DNA of 64,000 nt, from NCBI GenBank assembly GCA_951406725.2, contig OX597822.1:92194001-92258000 (forward strand), read 5' to 3'. This DNA is from Octopus vulgaris (lineage: Eukaryota). Below, one piece after another: positions 34,723-47,238 of the stretch. Positions within the stretch are counted from its first letter, which is position 1. The number at the start of each line of letters is the position of its first letter. The notes under the pieces are model-generated. The model was not told the origin of the DNA. It saw only the letters and a list, made by a program, of their open reading frames with translations, and ran no database searches. The translations under genes and the position numbers were made by a program.

Positions 34723-37700
34723 AGATGCCTAGAGTCATTATTAATTCAATATTATATTCTCTGTCATTAAAAAAAATATGGCTTGCATATCCTAAAAGTT
34801 TGTAAAATCTGAAAATATGTAACATTATGACAGTTGGTGACAATATCATGTTCTATTTCACAAATGGCTAGGTTCTGCAGCCATTGTACTGAATGATCTC
34901 CACCATAGTTTTAACAACAGGTTGCATTAAAAACATATCAATATATGAAATCTTTACATTTCTTTCCTCAGGCAGATTTTGTTTTCCTATCCTTGTAATT
35001 TGTCTTTTTTATGACACACCTATTACATTAAATGTTGTCAGTTAATCCATCTCTATTGAGGATTGTGTGGGGGACAATATTGATTTCACTATGCCACAGC
35101 TGTTACCATTTCTACCAGAACTCTGTTAAAATTTTCAGATGGTTAAGTTTTCATTGTGGAATTGTGGAAATTGTCCATGCTACAGGAAAGATTGTAAATA
35201 ATTAAAAAAAAAAAACCCATATTCGGATATTCTCTTTTTATCCCTGCTCTCCATTCCCCCTGACAGTGGTATAATGAACCTCAATTACTTTCATTATTAA
35301 TAGATAATTATATATTATGTTTGATGTTCTTTGTTGCTTCAGAGAATATAGTTCTAGCATTTGTTTAATAAATATTCTGCTTGAAATTTACCAGGAATCT
35401 ATCGTGATAATTGATCCTTGTTGTTTTGATTGATAATACCTTTTTTTTCTTCTTACTCTCATGTAATTAATTAGTTATTAATTGGATGTTTGCATGGATA
35501 TACAGCTCAAAGAGTTAAATCTGTTGCTAGCATGCTATTTATAAGTGATCTGATATTCAACAGCAAAAGAAAACCTAGGTGCTAATTATATTTTTTATGA
35601 AAGTATTTATGTAATATTTCATTTGTATTATCTTATTGACTAGATAGAACTGTCAATTATATACTTACTACTAGCAATATAAACAAAACTTAAGAAAGGA
35701 GTGAAGCTACTAAATTTCTAGCACATTATTTTCCTTTATTATCATGCCAGCTATGCTTGACTGGACTTAAGCACATATGTGTGCAAATTAATTTCATAAC
35801 TTTAAGTTCTTCAAGTGTATTTTTCATCTACTACAATTTACATCCTTACAAGCCTTGCTATTCTTTTCTTCTATTAACACCATATATTCACTTAGCATGA
35901 CCTTTGGTCAAAGGGCTATTATTCTCACTAAGTTGACAATCCATTTAGCTTTATCTGTGAACCACACTGGATAAATTTTCTCATAACTTTCGTCTAAGAA
36001 TTTGGCCATGCACTCATTTAATTCTCTTTCTTTCTTTCTTTTTTTTTTTTGTCTTAGCTGAGCATTATTAGCATTGCTGTAGTATTAGTTTTGCAGAATA
36101 AAAAAAGGAGAAAAGGGAGGTGTACTCTTCTACAGAAACTACTTCTGTTTTTCAGTATCTCAGCATTTCTTTTTCCATTAACACTGGTATAATGGAACAT
36201 TGTTTATTGTAACGTAAACAATGTTATAGTCAGGTATGCAGTATGCATAACATCCATAAGATTATGTTATACAACTTTCACCTCACCAGATTTCCAAATA
36301 TGTCAGTTAGCAGTGACATGCTAATTAATTTACAGATCATCAACAAGTGAAATTTCAAATCAGATTTACTAACTTTTAAGATACGTAATGTGAGTGGGAT
36401 TGCAATCTGTCAATCATGTGGGTGCAGAACAGAATTAGGTTGTGAATTATAGAATAATTAAAAAATGTAAATCATTGAATTGTAAGAAGTTAAAAAAACT
36501 CAGCAATCTCACACAATAACTACTCCTAATGGAACAATTGTACCACCACTAGATAAGACATTTGTCTGTCTTTATAACATGTTTTTACACTATACTTAAG
36601 GTTCCATTCATCTTTGGGTAATTTAGGATACTACTGGAGTTGCTGATTATCATAAAAACAGTGAACTTCTCTTCACTGATGTATTCAGTGTGATGACAAT
36701 GGATTACGTAAATGTCTGATATTCTGTCTAGCAAACAATTGTGGAATGCTTCACTTTGGTATGCCTCAGTTCTCCATGGCAAAACAGGCTTGTATACCAA
36801 GATAGCAGGCACTAAGGATGATATTTGACTCTTATTAAAACATAGAATATTAGAAGACAGTTTCCAATATTGTTAAAAAAAAAAAGCTTGTTATATTGTT
36901 TTGTACACGAAAGGAGTGACATAGACAATAAATTCTAGTGATTTACTTAATTCCTCTTCATTAAAGGGCTCCTATCATTGCAGAACTAATAGAATATAAG
37001 CTTTAATGAAGGGAGATCCAGCAAATTATAATTCAGGGAAAAGTACAGAGATAATAATATAACAATTAAAATACTGAGATAACCATAATTACAGTGCCAG
37101 CAATAAACTTATACATACTTAAACAAAAAAAATAGGATAAATTTAATAAAGATAGTGTAAAGTTAGCAGGTGATCCAATAATGACAATAATAATAGCAGC
37201 ACTAATGATAATGATAATAATTACAATGATAATGTTGGTAATTGCATTACCATTGATATTAGCTATTATACTAGTTTAAGGTATATCTATCATTAGATTA
37301 AAAATTTATATAATAATAATACTAGATATACCGGTGTGAATATTTGAGGCAATAACTACAAATGTAGTAATAGTAGTAATGAGTGTAATCATTTCAGAAC
37401 ACTCTTGAGACTGAGTGATGTTTATAATAACTGTAATATGAATGATGGAATGGTTAACACACATAGTAATTTTACTGATTATGGTTATGTACTGCATAGT
37501 AGTATGAGTTATGTAACCTAAAATATTCCCATTCTGACATTAACTAGATTATGTAATTGTAAGAAACTTGAATGTCCACTAGGAAATAAATGCTTGACCA
37601 AAAGCATTGTATATAAATGCAATGTTAATCTACATGCCTTCACTTACAAAGGTTTCACTTCTATTTTAAAATCAAGATTATATAATCATTTTCATACATT

Positions 37701-38524
37701 TAAAAGGTGAGATAAAGCAAGTTCATAAATTATGGAATATCACCAAACACACTAAGCCTTATTTTAGTGATAGATATGATTACAATCTATGTTCTTCAGA
37801 ATTGTTGGCAATCTTAAAATGCACAGATTATGTAATTGATAGATCTGATGAAGTAAGGATCAAATGACTGCATTCTATCCATAGAGTATACTTTAAAACC
37901 AATTTTATAGTCTTCTTTGAATGCTAGATATTACTATAACTTTATTCAATTTGTTCTAACTTTAGGTAGTTTCTTTATATTTGCTTCAGCCTCCTTAGTT
38001 ATGACCTTTATAATTTGTTATAATCTTAACATTTATGGCCTTTATGATTCTTTATAATTCTTATGAATTTTTTAAACATTCTTTTAATACTTCTCATAAT
38101 TTTAAATTATAACAATAGTGATATCCACTATCTACTGAACCTATAGGATTTTCATTGATTTACTTTATTCTCAATAATAATGTATTGCTTAATAGAAATT
38201 TTGGGATTCATGGTTTTTCATATCTCTCTCTCTCTCTTTTTTTTTTTTTTTTTGATCAGGAATATTAGTTCTGTTTTTCCTTCTCTATTCATTCTGGCCT
38301 TTCAACTTGTAACTTCATTACAGCTATGGTATTGATCGCTTTCTAGATTTTGATATTTAACTAATATAAATTTATAAATTTCTGTTGACACTGATTATTG
38401 CTTAAACTATTTTCTTTAGTCTACTAAACACATTTATTTGTTTATGTCAATACTGTCTTCCTATCAGTGTGTTGACCACTTTCTCTATTTAATTTATCCT
38501 ATTCTTTTTCTGTTTTAGTATTTA

Positions 38525-38779
38525 CAGGTTATGATTGCTGGTACTGTGATAATTTCTGCTACCTAGAGGACCAAATTAGTAGTGAGGGAGGATGCACAGA
38601 GAGTGTGATAGCTAAAATAAGAATAGGATGGAGGAAATTCAGAGAGCATTTTACCTCTGTTGACTACTAAAGGTTTCAATGAGTGAAAGGAAGATTGTAT
38701 GATGTATGTATATGAATAGCAATTCTACATGGCTGTGAGACATGGGCCCTGAATGCAGAGGACATGTGAATGTTAGAAT
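38525..38779 (+). mobile_element. RTE RT fragment, cut by the palindromic element
   Basis: FCYLEDQISSEGGCTESVIAKIRIGWRKFREH…LHGCETWALNAED. Confidence 0.75.
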
Positions 38780-39017
38780 GGTTTCGAATTTTATTTAGCA
38801 AATAAAATAATTTGCTAGGCAAAATTCTCATCAGTGACCGCGCCATAACATTAACATATAATTTAGGGACAAATAACACATGTCCTATCATTATATATTA
38901 TAATATATAATGATGAAACACGTGTTGTCTCTAAATTATATGTTAATGTTATGGCGTGGTCACTGATGAGAATTTCGCCTAGCAAATTATTTTATTTTCT
39001 AAATAAAATTCGAAACC
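38780..39017. repeat. ~240-bp near-perfect palindrome (inverted duplication of a PLE-like end)
   Basis: GGTTTCGAATTTTATTTAG…CTCATCAGTGACC…AACATTAACATATAATTTAG is mirrored by CTAAATTATATGTTAATGTT…GGTCACTGATGAG…CTAAATAAAATTCGAAACC; centre ~38900. Confidence 0.9.
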
Positions 39018-39027
39018 TAGGTATGAC
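38959..39027 (+). ncRNA. Type I hammerhead ribozyme with intact core
   Basis: GTCA-CTGATGA-GAATTT…AAATTC-GAAA-C-CTAG-GTA^TGAC. Stem I GTCA/TGAC, stem II GAATTT/AAATTC, palindromic stem III ACCTAGGT, GUA cleavage triplet. Confidence 0.82.
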
Positions 39028-39314
39028 TAAAAAGATAACAAGGTAAAAGTTTTTATTTTTCATCCCCTCGAAATTGCTCTTAAATGTGGTTTTAGTTGTT
39101 TTGATTGCTTCTTCTAGCGTGTAAAGCTGCCTGTTACAGGTCACTTCTCTTGTGTTTAAATGGACACTATTTTATATTGAGAATATGTTGTCTATTGACT
39201 TTTTATACATGCTAGGCCACTGGTAGTGAAATTTCTAAAAAAAACTCGCTACCCTATATGTTTTAAATGTGTGTGCGTCTGTGTGTGTGTGTGTGTGTAC
39301 TTATAAATATAAGT

Positions 39315-39941
39315 GTTCATATATATAATGATAAATAGCAAGTTTGTGTGTTTGTGAATTTGTTACTTAAACTCCTATGAGACTCTCCAACAGGCCTTGA
39401 TGAAACTTGACATGTGTGTGAGGCTTATGCCTATGCATTCACTTACATACTTGGAATTTTTAAAAAATCAATTTTTAATCGGCATCAATTTTTCAAAAAC
39501 CATAAAATTTAATTTGACAAAAAATGTTTCATGAGTATAAACAGACAGCTTATTAGTGGCAATCTATTTAGCATTTGCTAATTCTGCATTTCAGTGCAAA
39601 TTATATTGATTTGCTAAAACTCATTTGTTGTTTTAATTCCCCAGCATTTCAGGTTTTGATTAGGTTGGACCATTTTATTTCTCAAGCAATTTTGCACACT
39701 AGCCAGCTTGACATCAATTTGATGAAATCTGCCTCAAAGTGTAAAATTTCGCCATTTTACGCACAAAAATGACAATGACACGGGCTCGCTTCCAGACTCT
39801 GTTCATTTTTTCATCAAATGGGTCCTACCCATTAATATAGATTTTAAATTTTTGAAAAATACCAAAATTTGATGATAAATGTTTCATGGCTATAAACAGA
39901 CATCTTATTAACAGTAATTTTTTACTGGGTACCTCAGCTAG
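39315..39941 (+). mobile_element. Degenerate non-autonomous Helitron-like element
   Basis: TATATATAATGATAAA…GTTTGTGTGTTTGTG head, TTGATGAAACTTGACA block, ends …GGGTACCTCAGCTAG|T. Confidence 0.5.
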
Positions 39942-39982
39942 TATATATGTGCATGTGTATATATCTATATATATACACACAC

Positions 39983-40039
<57 letters not shown>

Positions 40040-41194
40040 TACATACATACATACATGTATATATGTATACCTAGGTGACCAAGTCAGTAGCGGGGAAGGG
40101 TGCGCTGAAAGTATAGCTGCTAGAATAAGAATAGCCTGGGCAAAGTTCAGAGAGCTCTTACCTCTGCTGGGTCCTTTGAGTGCTTGGATAAAATGTAGAT
40201 ATCCCATCACTCAAACAAATACAGGAGTACATCCTCGTAAATGAAATATACCCTGTACTAAATAGGAAATACACATAGAAAGTAGTAGTACCCCAATACC
40301 CACATAATATACGTACATAGGTACATTTGCTAGTAGGATGTTAAGTAGACAAATTTATATATATGTGTAGGTAAATGGATATATAGGTAAACAGATGGAT
40401 ACATAGGTAAGTAGATTAATAGGTACATAGGCAATATAGACAGACAAGCACATACACAAAAAGAGACAGAAACACATGACCATATACACACATACACACA
40501 AAGACATGGAGATACATACCCATACATAACAGACACATGTACACAGTCACACAAACTCATACATGTAGACTCTCAAACATGCACTCACAAGGAGACAAGT
40601 ACACACACAAATACACACATATATACACAAACACATATGCACACTGACACACATACATGCGCACAAACATACAAAAGGAGCACAGCTCCAATAATGGACA
40701 GAGCCAACATCCGTTGACAAAGATGTACATATGCGTACATCCTTTTTGTATATATTTGTGTGTGTGTGTGTGTGAGAGAGAAAGAATGTGTGAGTGAGTG
40801 AACGTGTGTGTTCACATGTATGTGTAGCTCTCTCTCTCTCTCTCTCTCGCACACACACACACACACACACACATGTCCATTTCATATACATGTTCATACA
40901 TCTTTCACTTTCTCCTCTCTTTCATTTTAAAACAAAAGTAACGGGTAATTTTCAGGATAAAAGTTGATAAAAAAAAAATGCTTCGGTGCTACTTAAATAC
41001 AGAGGTCCTGACACATCTACATAACAATATAAAGGGAACGTAACCCTAACGAGTGTGCACTGTTTGGGACCTCTGTATTTAAGTAGTGCCAAAACCTCTA
41101 CTCGTATAAGACGATTACTATTGTTTGCATAGTTCGAATTTAATAAGTCCAGAAGTACAATATATTCCCATTCTACAAACTGGAAAACAATCCC

Positions 41195-41234
41195 ATGAAT
41201 ACTTTTACTGGGCAAGGCTGGGTAGTAAGTCTAG
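41195..41234 (+). mobile_element. Helitron 3' end
   Basis: Decayed hairpin ACTGGGCAAGGCTGGGT followed by AGTAAGTCTAG|T. Confidence 0.45.
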
Positions 41235-41244
41235 TATACTATAT

Positions 41245-41525
41245 ATCATCATCATCATCATCGTTTAACGTCCGTTTTCCATGGTAGCATGGGTTGGACG
41301 GTTCAACTGGGGTCTGGGAAGCCAGAAGGCTGTGCCAGTCCCAGTCTGATCTGGCAGTGTTTCTACAGCTGGACGCCCTTCCTAATGCCAACCACTCCGT
41401 GAGTGTAGTGGGTGCTTTTTACGTGCCACCTGCACAGGTGCCAGACGAGGCTGGCAAATGGCCATGATTGGATGGTGCTTTTAACGTGCCACCGGCATGG
41501 GGGCCAGACGAGGCTGGCCACAATG
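41245..41525 (-). mobile_element. RTE 3' tail with repeat units
   Basis: (TCA)n CGTTTAACGTCCGTTTTCCATG…; matches 11238-11500. Confidence 0.85.
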
Positions 41526-43252
41526 TAAAAAGGGCATTACTTCTGTGCACCCTGTATTTCTTCTCTGTTATTAGACTATTTTATGCTGTTAGAGTAAATT
41601 TTCTTTTTTATAAAACTTGTTGCTTTAAAAAACTTTAAGAAAATATAGCATTATTCTTTATACAAAACAAAGAAAAAGTTATTGTTGTATTTAGGAATGG
41701 TCATTTTGCCAGCTAAGCAAAGAAAAAGTTGCTAAAAAAAGTGTGTATTTAACTAAAGTTAAAGTATCTGTAACCTAAGATCTTGCATTAATCTGTGACT
41801 CTTTAGAATCATAACTTTCTTTTATTGAATTTTCTGATACTCAGCATTAAGAAACAGACTATATTATGATTTTAATTGTTATTTATTCATGTATTTATTT
41901 TTTGCCTATGGAAAATGATGTATTTTTCCTCAAAGTAGTGTATTAAACAGTACAGTGTTTAATATTTTGTCTTCAGCTTTCCACAGATCAATAAAGCACC
42001 AGTCAAATGTTTGGGGTTGACATAGGTTAATTTCAGACATTATACCTATGGTTAATATCAATATTTTGAACATCTAAAGAAAATAAGATCTATGCCCTAA
42101 AAAGAAAATTCCTATAATACCATCTTGTTTTTCTCACTGTTAAATATAAAGTAAAATAAACAGATCTTTGTCAGTTTTGATGATAAATCACCCACTCTTT
42201 CAATCAAAGGAACTATCTACTCATTGAATTGTAAATGTAACTATTTCCATATACCTTTAATGTTAGCTAAGATTATTGTTAAAAAAAAATTGTTGAAGGT
42301 GTCTTGCATTGAATACTTCATGATTGCAAAATATACTTCTTAACTATTCTGCCATGCTTGCTAAATGTAATCTCTCTCTCTCTCTCTCGTTGGTAACCAT
42401 TGAACATTAGACTGGGCTAAAATATATTTGGTGCTAGGTTTTAGATTGTAGGTGTAAAGTTTAAACTGGGCACTTCTCGTACAAATACAGGATGATACAA
42501 AGGTAAGAAATGTTGGTATGTCCATACATTCGTTGTCCCAACTGGTATGTCCTTACAACTACTGTCTCAACTATGTGAGTCATGCCATGTGGTACAGTCG
42601 TACCACCTGGCATGACTTTACAGCTACTGTCCTAAGTGGGTAGTCTTGGCAGTTATTGTCCCAACTATGATACTTTCTTTCAGTCAGTATCCATCTGTAG
42701 CCTTTTTACTATGTCCTAAAAGTGACTTCTTTATATGACCTCTTTGAACTGTTATCGCAACTTTGGCAACCTGTCAGCTCCCATTCTATCTGTCCAATTT
42801 TTACTTTAGTTACAATGCCTCTATACACTTGTATTTTTCTTGTCCTTCCCCATTTCCTGTAATTCAATTTTGTTTTTGTAATCTCTTTATGGGCACAGAC
42901 ATGGTTTTTGTGTTTAAGAAGCTCACTTTGCAACCACATAGGTTTCATGTTCAATTCCAGTGTGTGGCATGTTTTCTACTATAGCCCTTGGCTGACCAAT
43001 TTAGTGGGCAGAAACTCAGCAGAAGTTTGTCATATATCTAAATGTGTCTTTTTTGTTTGCATTTGTCGCCTTTGCCACTTGATAACCAGTTTTGGTTTGT
43101 TTATATTTCTGTATCTTAATGATTCAGTAAAAAGTACCATTAGAATAAAGTATCAGATTTTTAAAAAAATAAATACTTGGGTCATTTTTTTCAATTAAGC
43201 TGTGTCCCAGTGTGACTGCATCTCAATGACTGTAAAAAAATAAAAGATAAAC

Positions 43253-43640
43253 AGGTGCAGGAGTGGCTGTGTGGTAAGTAGCTTGCTAACCAACCACATG
43301 GTTCCGGGTTCAGTCCCACTGCGTGGCATCTTGGGCAAGTGTCTTCTGCTATAGCCCCGGGCCGACCAATGCCTTGTGAGTGGATTTGGTAGACGGAAAC
43401 TGAAAGAAGCCTGTTGTATATATGTATATGTGTGTGTTTGTGTGTGTGTGTTTGTCCCCCTAGCATTGCTTGATAACCGATGCTGGTGTGTTTACGTCCC
43501 CGTCACTTAGCGGTTCGGCAAAAGAGACCGATAAAATAAGTACTGGGCTTACAAAGAATAAGTCCCGGGGTTGATTTGCTCGACTAAAGGCGGTGCTCCA
43601 GCATAGCCGCAATCAAATGACTGAAACGAGTAAAAGAGTA
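43253..43640 (+). mobile_element. Young CORE-like SINE copy (an older degenerate copy precedes it at ~42890-43250)
   Basis: Full head-core-microsatellite-tail structure; closely similar to the reverse complement of 17826-18244. Confidence 0.88.
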
Positions 43641-44391
43641 TATGCATTGTTTACCTCTCCAGCTTAGGTTATATTTTTCATAATTTAGTTTGGCACATTC
43701 TACTGTCTAAAAGTAGTTTCTGTTCTGACCTCAACTGGATTGAGTTTAGTACTCACTTGTATCCATGTCAGTTTAGAGTGACTCTACTGTTGAGGTGGTG
43801 GGCATGATTTCAACTAAATTAGATTCCAGAATTTACATTTGATGGCTGATGAAAGGTTATTATAAGCTTGAGGCTTACATGTGATCAATTCAATTGGAAC
43901 AGGAGAAATTGATTATGAGATGAATACACTTGTTTTTTTAAAATTAATTTGAATGAGTGCTGAAAATGGTTGTGTGTGTGTGTTTGTTGAGTCCTTGATG
44001 TCAAATGGAGAGAGACTCAAGTGATTGTTACAGAGCAACAATAGTATTATGTGTTTTATTAATTAATGCATACCACTTATTGGAGACTGTTTCTTAAAGA
44101 CAATATGGGCTTGTAAAGAAACCTTGCTTCTAGTCAGTTGGAAGAATCTTTGTTAAAGAATAAAAGTACATTGTCTATTCTTTTACATGTTACACACCAT
44201 AAATATTTCCAATTTTTATACATTTATCAAATTACCATTCAAGCTATTTTCAATGGTTTAAGCCTGCAGTGTGTGAATATGTATTATAATGCTAAACTTG
44301 AATGATTTATTCTCTCTCTCTCTTTAGCTAGCTAGATAGATAAATAAACTATTTCTAACCTGTAGAGTTTTTTTTCAACATACAACATTGT

Positions 44392-44790
44392 ATCATTGTC
44401 ATCATCATCGTTTGACTGAAAACTAGTAAGCCAAGGAGCTGCACCAGGCTGCAGTCTGATTTGGCAATGTTTCTACAGCTTGATGCCCTTCCTAATGCCA
44501 ACCACTCCGAGAGTGTAGTGGATGCTTTTTACATGCCACCGGCATGGGTGCTACCGATGTAATACCAGCATCAGCCATGACTATGATCTCACTTGGCTTG
44601 ACAGGTCTACACAAGCACGGTATATTGCCAAAGATCTCCTGTCACTGCCCCCATGAATGCCCAATGCTTGAGTGGTTCCTTTTACGTGCCACCAGCATAG
44701 GTGCCTGTCAGATGGCACTAGCATTGGCAATGACTATGATTTCACTTGGCTTGACATGTCTTCACAAGCACAGCATATCACCCAACAATT
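44392..44790 (-). mobile_element. RTE 3' UTR/tail fragment
   Basis: Tail motif plus two GCTTG.G.AGAC.TGTCAAGCCAAGTGA modules. Confidence 0.75.
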
Positions 44791-45224
44791 GAAGGGTGCT
44801 TTTTACCAAAAATTATTCAAAACTTTTCAGGTCTATTCCATTCCACCGTCACCACCACACATACTCTATGATGATACCCATGTCTCTTTTATTCCATACA
44901 TCTTATTGCTAATAACATTTACTAATAATTACAGGAAGTAACTTCAAAGTTCATTAGTAGTAGTGAAGCTGGACAAAATCTTCAAAATCCTGACAAGAGC
45001 TATTGACTAGATTTGAATTTTGTGTGGAAACATTTTTTTGTAACTGGCAAATAGTATGAAAATTATACTCATGTACAAAATTGGATTCATGTAAATTCTT
45101 TGAAACGCTTGAGAACTTTTGCAGCTTTTATTTTCTTTTAGTAACATGAATGAGATCATAAAAATACTTTCTGCACATGTCAAGCAAATGTAGATGATCC
45201 TTTCAACTTTTGCTATCATGTTAA

Positions 45225-45407
45225 CCTTTTTGATACTAACCCATGTTAGATCACTCCTGACTCAGTGACACAAACTTCCTGATTTAAACTTTCATGAACA
45301 TTTTTTGTTAATTAATTTTCCTAATACTAGATTAATAAGAACAAAATTATTTTATGAAATTCTTCATTATTTTCCAAATGAACAGAAACAAAATGGTAAG
45401 AAAAGAG
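45225..45407. mobile_element. piggyBac-like MITE
   Basis: TTAA|CCTTTTTGATAC … GTAAGAAAAGAG|TTAA; decayed TIRs with TTAA flanks. Confidence 0.5.
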
Positions 45408-46481
45408 TTAACATAGACAAATGTAAAACATAATTCTGTCTTTAAATTTAACTTATATTAATAGTCTGTATATTTCTGAATTATGTTGATATTTCCTAAG
45501 TATTTCAGGTTTTTGTCCCCACTCCTACCACCTTCCCAATATTGCTATTCAACTCCAAAGAAATTAAGCATTCAGTGCCTCCTGAGCATGTATAATATTT
45601 CAGCATTGTATTAATTGATTGGTTCAATCATATATATCTGTCAGTGTTGTATTGTAAAACATCTCACTCATTAACTAACATTATTCACTAAATATAGTCT
45701 TCTTTAAAAATATGTCCTGTTTTCACATCTAATACATGCTACGCTTAGAGAATATTGATTCGTTTTTTTTCTTCGCTTATATATTTTGTACCATTGAATC
45801 AATTATATCAATAATTATTATTAAGAATCAGTTTGTTTGCTTTAGTATTAGTTATATGCATCATTAAATATTTAAGTCATACATTTAATTCCATTACAGT
45901 TCTATTAAGTTTCAAAACTGAATAACTTGATCTATATTACAAGGGTTTGTAGAGCTCCATCATAGTTTAGATTTCTTCACTATTGAGCATCTCATCGTTT
46001 TAGGTAAGAAATTTTGTATTTTGTAGTATGAGATTGACATAATTGAATCCTGCTTCTATATACATCTTTTTCTTTTTGTAGCAAATTTCGTAATAGTCTG
46101 CTCTCTTTTCTTTATTCATTGTCCACAGTGAAAATGACCAGACTCTTGTCTATTGACTGTTTTTGAACTAGAAACTTACTGTTTTAAAAACAACAAGTAA
46201 TCTTTCTTCATATATTCAGCTAAGGGGTCCTTTTTTTTTTTGTTAGGGTTTAATTTTCATAATGACATTTGCAGTGGAATATGTACATTACTGGAAAGGT
46301 AAAATATCCCTGTGTTACTGTTATTATAGGTGAATCATACATCCTGCGAGAAAGTTTGTCCTATTTCTACTAACACTTCACCTGAAAAATCCCTATGTTG
46401 AAGCTATGGTCTTAGCTCTCAACTGTTTCTTGTATTCTTGTAGTTAATGTTAAATGCCTCAAATTAAGGTCTTACCCATAA

Positions 46482-46700
46482 CCCTTTAACATTTGAACCG
46501 GCCATATCCGGCCCAAATATTTTACTTGTTTTATGTCCAAACCAGCCAGGTCTGGATTCTCACGCCTACCTTACAATGCCATACTAAAAATACACAATCA
46601 CGTCATCAAAATTTCAAAACTTGAGATAATTCATGATTAATTCAAAACAATGTGAATAAATAAGCACTACATTTGACAGAATAATCTGAATGCTAAAGAG
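46482..46700. mobile_element. piggyBac-like MITE
   Basis: ATAA|CCCTTTAACATTT … GAATGCTAAAGAG|TTAA. A related fragment lies inverted at ~23808-23868. Confidence 0.6.
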
Positions 46701-47057
46701 TTAAATATGCAACTGGGACATACAGTGCCAAATAGCCTAAGTAATAAGTTTGTTTTCAAGTTTTATTTCTTACATGATGATGATTTTGTTTAATGATTGC
46801 TTACCTTGGCATCCCAGTAGTGTCTTTCATGTTTTATATTGACTACATTTATAACATGAGATTTCTAAAACAATCACCAGTGACCATCTTACTTTGTTTA
46901 AAAACACCTGAAAAAGTTTTTTAGTGGACATTCAGCAATGTAACACTTTTTTTTTTTACATCCAGTTCATTCTGAAAACACTCTGAAGCATCCAATAAGA
47001 CAACTTGATTTTGCAAAGGTCAATGATATTACCATTCTTCCTCCCTTCTACTGCTTT

Positions 47058-47238
47058 CGGTGCAAGTACAGTTGAGCAATTAAGAAGTTCACTTCTCATC
47101 CACATAGCTTTGGGTTCAATTTCACAGTATGGCACCTTGGGCAAGAGTTTTCTGCTATAGCCTCAAGCCTACCACTGTCTTGTGAGGGAATTTGGTAGGC
47201 AGAGACTGAAAAGCACCTGAAGTATGTGTGTGTGTGTG
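47058..47238 (+). mobile_element. CORE-like SINE 5' half
   Basis: GGGTTCAATTTCACAGTATGGCACCTTGGGCAAGAG. Confidence 0.65.

Noticed and set aside
42525-42675. Degenerate short repeats (…TACTGTCYCAACT…)
   Set aside because: Irregular spacing and high divergence; an ordinary decayed minisatellite.
46806-46907. Minus-strand exon-like interval (CAG…AAG|GTAAGC)
   Set aside because: Stops in all frames and a short pyrimidine tract; expected by chance.
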